Source: Alphaproteobacteria bacterium (GTDB lineage: Bacteria > Pseudomonadota > Alphaproteobacteria > Micavibrionales > Micavibrionaceae). From it: a DNA stretch of 64,000 nt. A program made the position numbers and the translations under genes. This document shows positions 24,709 through 33,675 of this stretch, piece by piece. The stretch is taken from positions 28,025 through 92,024 of the forward strand of contig JAACQG010000010.1 of the NCBI GenBank assembly GCA_009995045.1, written 5' to 3'. Positions within the stretch are counted from its first letter, which is position 1. Every line of letters starts with the position of its first letter. The notes beneath the pieces are model-generated. The model searched no databases. It saw only the letters and a list, made by a program, of their open reading frames with translations, and was not told the DNA's origin.

Positions 24709-25503
24709 ATGAAAAACAAAGCTAAGATAGTCGGTGAAGTGCAAAATGGCTTTTCTGATTTCATAAAAACAGCAACAGCCAGTTCCAGATTTACCCTAAT
24801 AGGAGATGGCAACCACACGACGCCCGAAATCAATGCATTTCTGGGCACAGAACAATTCATGAAAGACCTCGCGGAAGCAGGAAACCTTCACGTATGTCTT
24901 GAAATCCCAATACAGCACCAAGACCTAGCGGACGCACTCCATAATCAGCAAATCACCAAAGATGAATATGTAGATCTAATGAAACAACGGGTTACACAAC
25001 ATAATAACGCTGGAGACGTATCCTTAGACGAAACTCTCAATCGCATGGCAACACAAATAGATGCAGCAAGGAAATATGGCATGAAGGCTCACTGCGTCGA
25101 CCCTGGAAACAGGTATGACACGTCAACACGACAAGGAATGCGAAAACGGCTGGATGATACCGAACTATCTAAAAACATACTCAACGCCACTAAAGGTGAG
25201 AAAACAGCAGTAATTTACGGCTCTGCTCACGATCACGTCGCACAAATATTAAAACCATCAACCGTCATTGATATTCGTAAAAATGATGCTGATTTCACGC
25301 GCGATCGTCACTCTCATAAAAACTTCCCCAAAATCGAGGGTGCACCTGACTTTGTATACAATGTAGAAGAAGCAAAAATCTATTCAACAGATAGAGCAGA
25401 AGACAGAGAGATCGCAGGCTTAGACATTACAGATACACCAAGTTGTATTAATGACAATATATTTTGCGCACCAACATCACCGCCATTTATTCCAAATTTT
25501 TAG
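24709..25503 (+). CDS. hypothetical protein; weak resemblance to the ChaN/Tiki/TraB (GumN) superfamily
   Basis: 264-aa ORF with AT-rich upstream sequence. FTLIGDGNHTTPE...LHVCLEIP...QHQ...AVIYGSAHD recalls the GxxH...E...GxxH arrangement of that superfamily. This is a low-confidence reading by eye. Confidence 0.5.
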   Translation: MKNKAKIVGEVQNGFSDFIKTATASSRFTLIGDGNHTTPEINAFLGTEQFMKDLAEAGNLHVCLEIPIQHQDLADALHNQQITKDEYVDLMKQRVTQHNNAGDVSLDETLNRMATQIDAARKYGMKAHCVDPGNRYDTSTRQGMRKRLDDTELSKNILNATKGEKTAVIYGSAHDHVAQILKPSTVIDIRKNDADFTRDRHSHKNFPKIEGAPDFVYNVEEAKIYSTDRAEDREIAGLDITDTPSCINDNIFCAPTSPPFIPNF

Positions 25504-25581
25504 CCCGCCTACACCAATCTCACAACTCCGCATTCACATCACGACATCACCATCGCGCCGCCTGCGCAAACGTAAACGCAC

Positions 25582-26544
25582 TTAAGAAAACGTCCCACGC
25601 TCACCGACATATGCCGCCAATCCGCCATCTTTAATCCATGCCGCCGCGGCGTCATCACCCTTAAGCTGCATATCCCAAAACGCCAGCGCCGCCTTAAGGA
25701 TCAAATCCTCATGTACCTCGCGCAAATCACTATCACCAAGCTTGCCACGCGTACCATTATAAACCATATGATCCCCGCCCTCTTTCACCAGCAGGTATTT
25801 TTCATCAATCCCCGTATGCTCATAGACGGCCAAACGATATTGATACCCAAATCCCTCTAACGGAGAATCATCCTCCGTCCCGCTCATATGAAGCAACGGA
25901 ATATTGATCGATCCGAATATCTCTTCATCGCTCACACTTTCGTCAACCAAATGACGGATCGGAACGGGCGAATACAAAATCCCCGCTTTAAAGCGATCTT
26001 CCTTGATTGAAATCAACGATCCGTCAACATCCGGGAATTTCTGCCCCGCCATGACCTGCGTCGTCATCGCACCAAATGAATGACCGCTCATCCCCAGCGC
26101 GTCAAAATCCATATACTGCCCCACATCGGGGTTTTCCTGCGCCCAAATCTTTAACTGATCAAGGACAAATGGAACATCGTTAAAACGCGCCAATGTGTCC
26201 TCACGGCTAATCTTCACTTTCTGCAAAATATCCCACGGATGCCCGGGCTTGCCTTCCCATAAAGAACTGTCTGTTCCCAAATGTGTGATATGCACCAATA
26301 TATATCCCTGCCCCGCCAAAAACCGCGAAATAAACGCCGCCCCGTTGGCATTACCGCCAAATCCATGGCTCCAGATAATGACCGGCATCTTATCCAAATC
26401 ATGATCAACAGGGTGATAAATCTTAAACGGGACAACACGCGGCGCCGCTGAAGGCCCCAAACGCGACTGATCAATAAACTCGCCCTTCTTAAGAAGGACT
26501 TTATAAGGCTCTTTTAAATTCGGATATTCCATAGGAGATAACAT
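25582..26544 (-). CDS. alpha/beta hydrolase (PAF-acetylhydrolase/lipase-like)
   Basis: PVIIWSHGFGGN oxyanion region, nucleophile elbow GMSGHSFGA, later acidic and His residues (GTEDD, GGDHM). Confidence 0.8.
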   Translation of the reverse strand: MLSPMEYPNLKEPYKVLLKKGEFIDQSRLGPSAAPRVVPFKIYHPVDHDLDKMPVIIWSHGFGGNANGAAFISRFLAGQGYILVHITHLGTDSSLWEGKPGHPWDILQKVKISREDTLARFNDVPFVLDQLKIWAQENPDVGQYMDFDALGMSGHSFGAMTTQVMAGQKFPDVDGSLISIKEDRFKAGILYSPVPIRHLVDESVSDEEIFGSINIPLLHMSGTEDDSPLEGFGYQYRLAVYEHTGIDEKYLLVKEGGDHMVYNGTRGKLGDSDLREVHEDLILKAALAFWDMQLKGDDAAAAWIKDGGLAAYVGERGTFS

Positions 26545-26608
26545 ACCGATCTACACCAAAAAGTACAGACCACTATTGATAGTGAAGACTATTTTATCAG
26601 GGAAATGC

Positions 26609-27115
26609 TTACTTCTTGCGGAATTTATCCAGCGATACAACTTCACCAGTCTCAGAACCGCCCGGGCCGCCGCCTTTTGGATCATCATCCGGCCCGTCAC
26701 CATCGTCATCATCAAGCGCAAGCCCCGCCAAATCGGCTTCATCCATCGCATCGCCAATCGGCTGGAACTGCAACGCGAAATTCACAGATGGATCCGCAAA
26801 AATCGAAATCGCCGCCAACGGCACTTCCAACTTTTCAGGGACATTATTGAACGACAAAGTCACACGCAACAATTTATCATCCACAAAAAGATCAGAAAAT
26901 TGATACTGCAATACAATGGTCATCTCCCCCGGATAACGATCACGCAAGTAATCAGGAATCTTCACCCCTTTGTAATCCGTCAGGAAGGTAATGTAAAAAT
27001 GGTGATCACCGGGCAAACCATGCTCAATAACCTCTTCAACGGAGCGTTTCACAACACCGCGCAAGGCCGTTTCAACCATTTTGTCATACCGTAAAATATC
27101 GTCTTCATCACTCAT
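26609..27115 (-). CDS. sspB: ClpXP adaptor SspB (alpha-proteobacterial type)
   Basis: RYDKMVETALRGVV...LPGDHHFYITF...GV.IP..L...YP.EMTIVLQYQF.DL.V....L.V.LSF, an acidic Gly/Asp/Pro linker and the C-terminal ClpX-binding-like tail VVSLDKFRKK. It lies directly downstream of ssrA. Confidence 0.85.
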   Translation of the reverse strand: MSDEDDILRYDKMVETALRGVVKRSVEEVIEHGLPGDHHFYITFLTDYKGVKIPDYLRDRYPGEMTIVLQYQFSDLFVDDKLLRVTLSFNNVPEKLEVPLAAISIFADPSVNFALQFQPIGDAMDEADLAGLALDDDDGDGPDDDPKGGGPGGSETGEVVSLDKFRKK

Positions 27116-27222
27116 ACATTATGTGTCGCAAGCTTCGCGCATGAAATCAAGAGGGCTTTTAGGAAAGACCGAATTTTGTGCTGTATAAAAAACGAAATTG
27201 AATCTCAGATGCTGGAAAAAGA

Positions 27223-27322
27223 AAAAATGAACCGTTTCTGTTGCGCGAAGCAAATCAAAGATTTGTTCGTACTTTAAAAATCAGGCGGCGCTTGGGGAGA
27301 AAAATGAACCGTTTCTGTTGCG
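27223..27322 (-). repeat. 23-nt perfect direct repeat (two copies) covering the ssrA terminator 3' arm
   Basis: aaaaatgaaccgtttctgttgcg occurs at 27223-27245 and 27300-27322 (plus-strand reading), spaced 77 nt apart. Confidence 0.9.
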
Positions 27323-27332
27323 AGGTACGGTT
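27297..27332 (-). terminator. putative intrinsic terminator of ssrA
   Basis: Minus strand GAACCGT-(13 nt)-ACGGTTC, followed by ATTTTTCTCC. Confidence 0.5.
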
Positions 27333-27770
27333 CCAACCCCACTATCCTTTGTCTAGAAGGACAGGATTAATTTGTAGCTAATACCTACTTAGTAAACTAA
27401 GCAGCGATAGCGACGCTCTCGCGTACATTATCATTCGCTACGACTGTGTTATCGTTTGCATTTATAAACGAATTATCCGGTAACGGCGGAAAGCCGAACG
27501 CCGTATGTCACCTTTATTACGCGTGTCGATCCTGTTTCAGGCCCGCCAAAATTTGTTACTGAGCACCAGCGAAGTTAAAAATTTGAGCGTGCCCCCAAGG
27601 CGAAGCCGCGAGGGTACTCTCTCCGCTAGGTACTTACCTTGTTTTCAAAAGCCTCAGCCCGAAAACCAGTTCAGTCCCAAATATTGGTGGACCTGCCCGG
27701 TACTGCCCCGGGGTCCACAACGCTTATTCCGCAACCACGTGTAACGTCATAGCTGAGCAAGCCCAGCACT
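27300..27770 (-). ncRNA. ssrA: tmRNA (ssrA), circularly permuted two-piece form; boundaries approximate
   Basis: Minus strand. The acceptor piece ends ...CCCGG-GGCAGTA-CCGGG-CAGGTCC-A-CCA (CCA at 27687-27685). The coding piece starts GGGCCTGAAACAGGATCGAC at 27544; GGGCCTG pairs with CAGGTCC and includes G3:U70. Tag ORF GCA AAC GAT AAC ... GCT GCT TAG (27459-27397) reads ANDNTVVANDNVRESVAIAA*. The acceptor piece lying 5' of the coding piece is the alpha-proteobacterial permuted arrangement. A TATAAT lies near 27776-27781. Confidence 0.85.
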
Positions 27771-27837
27771 AATTATTATAGGGCGATTGATATAAAAAGG
27801 AAAGGGAAATGCTTACATCTAACAAACGTGGACGAGT

Positions 27838-28335
27838 TTAACCAAGCCCTACGTTAGGATATAACTGCTGATGCAACTCCAAAAATGGTTTCAATGCTTG
27901 CGTCTTCTGATCACGGGCCAACCCGTGCCAAGCTTCCAAAAAGTCAATAGCATCGACAATATCCCACCCTTTACCGCCAGTTATGTTAACCACTCCTGTG
28001 ATATTTCTATCATCATCAAAAACCATACCAGGATTTATATCTTTAAACGCAAACGGTTTCTCAACAAACCAATCACCACGCACATCTTCATCGCCCTGTA
28101 AACGCTTTACAATCTGAAAGGGTAATTTTTGCGTCGCAACACCCGTAGCAATAAGCACGGGCAAACCAGCATCATGCCAATCACATAAGAATTCATCTAA
28201 CAACTCAGACGAATCCAATGTTCCATTCACATCCGACATAATAGTTGTAAGCTGCCTATCAAATTTTTTATCTTCCACACGTGCGACCATTCTATAAAAA
28301 TGCTCGCTCAACGTCTCATGCACTATGTTAGCCAT
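27838..28335 (-). CDS. hypothetical protein, HAD-like with atypical motif I (D-V-N-G-T-L)
   Basis: 165 aa. IMSDVNGTLD (HAD motif I with Asn in place of the second Asp), VLIATG (motif II-like) and VFDDD (motif IV-like). No database check was done. Confidence 0.5.
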   Translation of the reverse strand: MANIVHETLSEHFYRMVARVEDKKFDRQLTTIMSDVNGTLDSSELLDEFLCDWHDAGLPVLIATGVATQKLPFQIVKRLQGDEDVRGDWFVEKPFAFKDINPGMVFDDDRNITGVVNITGGKGWDIVDAIDFLEAWHGLARDQKTQALKPFLELHQQLYPNVGLG

Positions 28336-28338
28336 ATT

Positions 28339-29004
28339 TTAAAACTCCAACCGTGTTTCATAACTATCGGGATCAAATCCAATAACCAAAAGCTCTTCTG
28401 CTGGCTCAATAAGACGGCGTGGCACAACCAAGTTTGAAGCCCCTAACAATCCACGCGCCTGAAATGAAAGTCCTTCTGTACCAATATCCATTTGCCCTTT
28501 TAATTGAGCAAAATCATCTGGGAATGCGTCTCTTAAGCGAGAAAGTTTTGGCATTATTTCCTGAACCGTCTTGGGTTTGGTACGTGCAATTTCCTCAAAA
28601 ATACGTTGATATTTAGAGTCCTCTATATGATATTGACCATGTCGTTGACGCAACACATCCTCGATCAAACCAACATTACACTCTAAAACACGATGAGAAA
28701 CCTGCGACCTAGCCCCTCTGCACATTGCATCTACAATCGGCTGCCCTAAAGTATTTTTAACTTGAGCACTCAATGAATCCCCCAATTTAACACCAGCCAG
28801 GCTGTCCAGCACTTCCACCTGCCCAGACTTAACAAGGCATTTCAAAGCATGAATGATTGCCAGCGCACGTGACGCACGAATAGCCTCATGACGACCAGTA
28901 CTCTCTATATCAGTAGATAACTGCCCACTCTTCACCCGTGAATCTGCAGCGCTCAATGGGAAGATACTACCCAATTGTTTTTCATCGCTCGATAAATAAG
29001 CCAT
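28339..29004 (-). CDS. hypothetical protein
   Basis: 221-aa ORF ending 3 nt upstream of the next minus-strand ORF, suggesting an operon. No recognisable motif. Confidence 0.5.
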   Translation of the reverse strand: MAYLSSDEKQLGSIFPLSAADSRVKSGQLSTDIESTGRHEAIRASRALAIIHALKCLVKSGQVEVLDSLAGVKLGDSLSAQVKNTLGQPIVDAMCRGARSQVSHRVLECNVGLIEDVLRQRHGQYHIEDSKYQRIFEEIARTKPKTVQEIMPKLSRLRDAFPDDFAQLKGQMDIGTEGLSFQARGLLGASNLVVPRRLIEPAEELLVIGFDPDSYETRLEF

Positions 29005-29198
29005 TCTTACAAGTCCTCTTTATAAAACAAACATATAAATACACACCAAATATAATTATGTCAAACAAATTGCGCCCACCTCACTTTGACAGAATAGGAA
29101 TTATATCCTATACTCTACCCATGACCAAAAACAAACAAAACACACGCACACACACCCCACCCGCAAAAACCGTCAAACGAACCGAAGGATCTTAAGTT

Positions 29199-29453
29199 TT
29201 GAAAAGAAAATCAAAGGGTTGGAGCAAGGAAAGACGCGCCCAACAAGCCATCAATTGTCGCCGTACAAAACCGGAACGCTTCGCCACCGGTCCCAAAACG
29301 GACAAAGGCAAAGCCACATCATCACAAAACGCCTACAAACATGGCTTGCGCTCTGCGGATATCCTCCATTTGCGCAAACTCCTACGCCAACAATCCGCCC
29401 ATCTCAAATTTATAGTGGACGCAAACTCCTGCGCTCTTCCCCCCGAAAGATGA
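29199..29453 (+). CDS. small basic hypothetical protein (TTG start)
   Basis: 84 aa, Lys/Arg-rich, with QNAYKHGLRS, which recalls small conserved proteobacterial proteins carrying N(A)LKHGL(Y/R)S. The TTG start makes the boundary uncertain. Confidence 0.4.
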   Translation: MKRKSKGWSKERRAQQAINCRRTKPERFATGPKTDKGKATSSQNAYKHGLRSADILHLRKLLRQQSAHLKFIVDANSCALPPER

Positions 29454-29471
29454 ATCACCCATATTATAAGC

Positions 29472-30278
29472 ATGAAACAATATCTAAAATTAATGAGCCA
29501 CGTCCTCGAAAACGGCGCAACCAAAGAAGACCGCACAGGAACAGGAACCCGCAGCGTCTTCGGCCACCAAATGCGCTTTGATTTATCCGAAGGATTCCCC
29601 CTTGTAACAACCAAAAAATGCCACCTAAAATCCATCATCCACGAACTGCTTTGGTTCATCGCGGGTGACACAAATATCGCCTACCTCAAGGAAAACGGCG
29701 TACGCATTTGGGATGAATGGGCGGATGAAAACGGCGATCTCGGCCCCGTCTACGGCGAACAATGGCGCAGCTGGAAAACAGCCGACGGCCAAGGGGAAGT
29801 AAAGACCATCGACCAATTCGCCAACGTCATCGACCAAATCAAACAAAACCCAGACAGTCGCCGCCTCCTCGTCGTTGCCTATAACCCCGGCGTTGTCGAC
29901 CAAATGGCGCTACCGCCCTGTCACGCATTTTTCCAATTCTACGTGGCAAACGGAAAACTCAGCTGCCAACTCTACCAACGCAGCGCCGATATCTTCCTTG
30001 GCGTACCGTTCAATATTGCCTCCTACGCACTGCTCACCATGATGATCGCACAAGTCACAGGATTAGAAGCGGGGGAGTTTATCCATACTCTTGGCGATGC
30101 GCATCTCTACTCAAACCACCTCGAACAAGCCGAACTACAGCTAAGCCGCGAGCCATTCCCGCTCCCCACAATGAAGATAAACCCGGATGTAAAAGATATT
30201 TTCGACTTCAAATTCGAAGATTTCGAGCTGGTAAACTACCAAGCCCACCCTCATATTAAGGGTAAAGTCGCTGTATGA
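29472..30278 (+). CDS. thyA: thymidylate synthase
   Basis: MKQYL.LM..VL..G..K.DRTGTGT.S.FG.QMRFDL..GFPL.TTKK, ELLWF..GDTN and the active-site PPCH.FFQFYV. Confidence 0.97.
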   Translation: MKQYLKLMSHVLENGATKEDRTGTGTRSVFGHQMRFDLSEGFPLVTTKKCHLKSIIHELLWFIAGDTNIAYLKENGVRIWDEWADENGDLGPVYGEQWRSWKTADGQGEVKTIDQFANVIDQIKQNPDSRRLLVVAYNPGVVDQMALPPCHAFFQFYVANGKLSCQLYQRSADIFLGVPFNIASYALLTMMIAQVTGLEAGEFIHTLGDAHLYSNHLEQAELQLSREPFPLPTMKINPDVKDIFDFKFEDFELVNYQAHPHIKGKVAV

Positions 30279-30325
30279 TAACTTTAACGTCGTCATTGCG
30301 AGCAAAACGAAAAAATCTCAAAACG

Positions 30326-30703
30326 TTAAGATCGCGCCCAATCGCTCCGCGTGGTAAACAATTCCACACCCGCGCCCTGATCCTGTCCGAAAACATCGGA
30401 TTTTTTGATCGACACCCGACACGCAATCACGGTCTCGAAACCAAAACACAGCGTAATCAGCTCCTTCAGGTAATCCTCAATAAGCTGAACCTGCGGACGC
30501 TCCGCCCACGATGTAATCGCGTTATAAACCTTGCCGTAATCAATAATCGTATCAAGATTAACAGTCTGCAAATAGCTCGCGGGATCGGCGTAAAGCTCCG
30601 CATCAACGACAACGCGCTGCGGCACATCCTGCTCATGCGGAAAAATCCCGATTTTCAAGGGGATTTCTACAGAATCAAGGAAGATTTTGACGTGACTTTC
30701 CAT
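30326..30703 (-). CDS. folB: dihydroneopterin aldolase family protein
   Basis: 125 aa. IFL....I.L.IG....E...PQRV.VD..L plus DYG.V...I match the FolB-like pattern and size. It sits between thyA and folA. Confidence 0.7.
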   Translation of the reverse strand: MESHVKIFLDSVEIPLKIGIFPHEQDVPQRVVVDAELYADPASYLQTVNLDTIIDYGKVYNAITSWAERPQVQLIEDYLKELITLCFGFETVIACRVSIKKSDVFGQDQGAGVELFTTRSDWARS

Positions 30704-30725
30704 GGCTTTGATTTATATATGAAAT

Positions 30726-31358
30726 ATGACTGAACGCAAGACCAACAAGAACATTACATTATCCTCAATCGTCGCAATCGCCAAAAACAACGCGATCGGC
30801 AAAGATAACGGCATGATCTGGCACCTGCCCGAGGATCTTAAACATTTCAAACGCACAACATTGGGAAAACCAATTTTGATGGGTCGCAAAAGCTACGAAA
30901 GCCTTGGTAAACCGCTTCCGGGAAGGCCAAACTTCGTCATCAGTCGTAATTTCGAAAACCTCCCCGAGCGCGAAGAAACCGAAATTTTCAACGACATGGA
31001 AAGCGCCATTGACATCGATAAACCAAGCATCAAAACAACCGCTATCCCCGCCGCCCTTCCCGAAGGGCCCTTCCTCTATAAATCAATAGAAGATGGAATT
31101 GCGGCCATGCGCGAAATGGCGGTGAAATTGGGAAGTGATGAAATCTTTATCACGGGTGGCGGCCAAATCTATAAAGAAACTCTCCCCTACACCGACCGCC
31201 TTTATGTCACGGTTTTAGACCGCGACTACGACGCAGACGTTTATTTCCCGCAAATTCAATGGGACGAATGGAACATCATATCCGAAGAAAAACGCGAAGC
31301 CGACCCCGAAAAAAACCGCCCAAGCTTCACGTTTTTCACGTTGGATCGGAAAGCGTAA
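30726..31358 (+). CDS. folA: dihydrofolate reductase with an internal insertion of about 35 aa
   Basis: IVAIAKNNAIGKDNGMIWHLPEDLKHFKRTTLGKPILMGRKSYESLGKPLPGRPNFVISR ... IFITGGGQIY...LP..D.LY.T....DYDADVYFP. 210 aa versus the usual about 160. Confidence 0.9.
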   Translation: MTERKTNKNITLSSIVAIAKNNAIGKDNGMIWHLPEDLKHFKRTTLGKPILMGRKSYESLGKPLPGRPNFVISRNFENLPEREETEIFNDMESAIDIDKPSIKTTAIPAALPEGPFLYKSIEDGIAAMREMAVKLGSDEIFITGGGQIYKETLPYTDRLYVTVLDRDYDADVYFPQIQWDEWNIISEEKREADPEKNRPSFTFFTLDRKA

Positions 31359-32436
31359 TTGCGGATAGTATCTCGCTTGGAATTTCAAATCCTTCACCAG
31401 CATCGGCCTTGGCGCGAATATCTGCCGATAACGGAATCTCACCCAAAAATGGAATCCCCAATCGCTCGGCCTCATCTTTCGCACCGCCATGACCAAAAAT
31501 ATGCTCTTCATGACCACAATTGGTACAAATATGCGTGCTCATATTCTCGATCAAACCAAGAATCGGCACATTCACCGCGCGAAACATCTCAACGCCTTTG
31601 CGTGCGTCCGCCAACGCCAAATCCTGTGGCGTGGAAACGATAATCGCGCCATCAACTGCAATCTTCTGCGCGAGGGTTAATTGCGCATCGCCCGTTCCCG
31701 GTGGCATATCAACGATCAAAACATCAAGCGGTTCATCATCATTTTCCGCCCATTGCACATCACGGAACATCTGATAAATCGCCGATTGCACCATCGGACC
31801 GCGCCAGACCAACGCCTTTTGCGCATCCACCATAAACCCAATCGACATAATTTTCAGACCATCAACATTAGCCGGAATAATGGTTTTCGCCTCAGTAAAC
31901 GAGGGTTTGAAATTTTTAAGCCCGAATAATGTAGGCTGGCTGGGGCCGTAAATATCCGCATCCAACAAACCAACCCGCTTCGTCCCATCCGCCGCCATAG
32001 CGCGGGCAATCGCCGCCGCAACCGTCGACTTACCAACACCGCCTTTTCCCGATGCCACAGCAATAATCTTTTTAATCGGCAAATTTAGCTTCGGATTTTT
32101 CTCCATACCATGTGGATCAGAGACCTTAGCGCCAGATGCCCCAGATGCTTTTGCCGCACCCTCAGGCTCCGCGCTTTTCTCAGCCGTCAAAATCGCCGTC
32201 ACTTTTGAAACACCCTTCACACCACGAACAACATCTTCCGCTGCTTGGCGCAATGGCTCCATAGCCGCGCCACGCGCCGCATCAACCTCGACCATAAATA
32301 AAACACTGCCATCTTTGGCAATCTGCAACCCCTTCACCATCGCCGCATCGACAATATCAAGGCCGCTTTGCGGGTCATCAACGCCGCGCAAGGCATTGAG
32401 AATAGTTTCTTCGTCCAATCGCTTGTTTTTAAACAT
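31336..32436 (-). CDS. apbC: Fe-S cluster carrier ATPase, Mrp/ApbC/NBP35 family, with an N-terminal DUF59-like domain
   Basis: IAVASGKGGVGKSTVAA (deviant Walker A), DADIYGPS, MPPGTGD and the CTNCGHEE Cys pair. The 3' end overlaps folA convergently by 23 nt. Confidence 0.95.
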   Translation of the reverse strand: MFKNKRLDEETILNALRGVDDPQSGLDIVDAAMVKGLQIAKDGSVLFMVEVDAARGAAMEPLRQAAEDVVRGVKGVSKVTAILTAEKSAEPEGAAKASGASGAKVSDPHGMEKNPKLNLPIKKIIAVASGKGGVGKSTVAAAIARAMAADGTKRVGLLDADIYGPSQPTLFGLKNFKPSFTEAKTIIPANVDGLKIMSIGFMVDAQKALVWRGPMVQSAIYQMFRDVQWAENDDEPLDVLIVDMPPGTGDAQLTLAQKIAVDGAIIVSTPQDLALADARKGVEMFRAVNVPILGLIENMSTHICTNCGHEEHIFGHGGAKDEAERLGIPFLGEIPLSADIRAKADAGEGFEIPSEILSAITLSDPT

Positions 32437-32523
32437 CTGACACCTTGCTTTCTCTGCTGAAAGAGATATTGTTATTCCCTATCAACCGTCAACAAAAATT
32501 TATACCAATAGGAGCCGAGCATT

Positions 32524-33663
32524 ATGGGCCGCGACGACAGAAAAAACCCTTGGGGATCAAACGGAGGATCAAACAAGGGCGGAAATGGAGATAATCCATG
32601 GGGGTCTAATCGCGGCAATAAAGGCGGCAAAAAAGACAGTGGCAACGATCCGGACATTGATGAAATGCTCCGCCGCGCCCAAGATAACTTTAAAGGGATG
32701 CTCCCCGAAAATTTCCAAGGCGCGCCGCTCATCGGCCTCATCATTATCGTCCTCGCCGCGCTCTGGCTCGCCAGTGGATTTTATGTTGTGAACCCCGGTG
32801 AAAATGCAGTTGTTCAACGCTTTGGAAAATGGCAACGCACACAGGCAGAGCCAGGTTTAGGCTATGCACTTCCTGCACCCATCGAAACAAAAACCGTTAT
32901 CAAAGTTCAAGAGATTAAACGCATGAATATTGGTTTTGTTGATGGACTCACACGCGGCGGCGGCAATGCCCGCCGTGATCTGCCCGAAGAAAGCCTCATG
33001 CTGACGTCTGACCGTAACATTGTTGACCTTGATGTTGTCATTCAATGGAACATCAAATCCGCAGAAGAATATCTCTTTAATATCCTAGATCAGGAAAACA
33101 CCATTAAAAAGGTCGCAGAAAGCGCCATTCGTGAAGTGGTCGGACAAACCGATATGTTTCCCATCATCACAACGGGCCGCGCCGCAATCGCAGAAGCCAT
33201 TCAAAAAATTATTCAAAACAACCTTGATGAATACAAATCCGGTGTAAACATCACACAAGTCCTTATCGACCGTGCCGATGTCCATCCCGACGTCCAAGCA
33301 GCCTTCCAAGATGTTCAATCGGCAAAACAAGACGCCGAAGACATCCAAAACCGTGCGAATGCATATCGTGAAGATATCTTGCCTCGCGCGCGTGGTGCTG
33401 CGATTAAAAACATCCAAGAAGCAACAGGATATAAAGAATCAACCGTCGCTAAAGCAACTGGTGACGCTGATCGCTTCAACTCGGTCTATAAAGCTTATCA
33501 GACAGGTAAAGATGTAACGCGCGAACGTATCTTCATCGAAACCATGGAAGATGTGCTTAAAAACGCCAATAAAATCATCATGGATAGCGGCAACAGTCAG
33601 GGCGTCGTGCCTTATCTGCCGCTCAACCAACTCAACAGCAATACCAATAACCAAAGCAAGTAA
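32524..33663 (+). CDS. hflK: FtsH protease modulator HflK
   Basis: Gly/Asn-rich N-terminus with NPWG repeats, a TM helix and an SPFH/band-7 core (GENAVVQRFGK...). Followed by hflC. Confidence 0.93.
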   Translation: MGRDDRKNPWGSNGGSNKGGNGDNPWGSNRGNKGGKKDSGNDPDIDEMLRRAQDNFKGMLPENFQGAPLIGLIIIVLAALWLASGFYVVNPGENAVVQRFGKWQRTQAEPGLGYALPAPIETKTVIKVQEIKRMNIGFVDGLTRGGGNARRDLPEESLMLTSDRNIVDLDVVIQWNIKSAEEYLFNILDQENTIKKVAESAIREVVGQTDMFPIITTGRAAIAEAIQKIIQNNLDEYKSGVNITQVLIDRADVHPDVQAAFQDVQSAKQDAEDIQNRANAYREDILPRARGAAIKNIQEATGYKESTVAKATGDADRFNSVYKAYQTGKDVTRERIFIETMEDVLKNANKIIMDSGNSQGVVPYLPLNQLNSNTNNQSK

Positions 33664-33675
33664 GGCTATAAGACA

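Noticed and set aside
26576-27094. Plus-strand ORFs of 172, 81 and 95 aa opposite sspB
   Set aside because: They are shadow ORFs of the well-supported sspB CDS, with low-complexity Ser/Pro/Arg/His-rich translations.
29219-29581. 120-aa plus-strand ORF overlapping the small basic ORF and the thyA start
   Set aside because: It is out of frame with both. Its Arg/Pro/Thr/Gln-rich translation has no motif, and it would overlap the strongly supported thyA by 110 nt.
30275-30733. 152-aa plus-strand ORF between thyA and folA
   Set aside because: It is exactly antisense to the FolB-like ORF, which has the better family signature. Its translation is Arg/Leu/Asn-rich and lacks motifs.
31359-31929. Several plus-strand ORFs of 60-95 aa opposite apbC
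   Set aside because: They lie inside the strongly supported Mrp/ApbC CDS and have no motifs.
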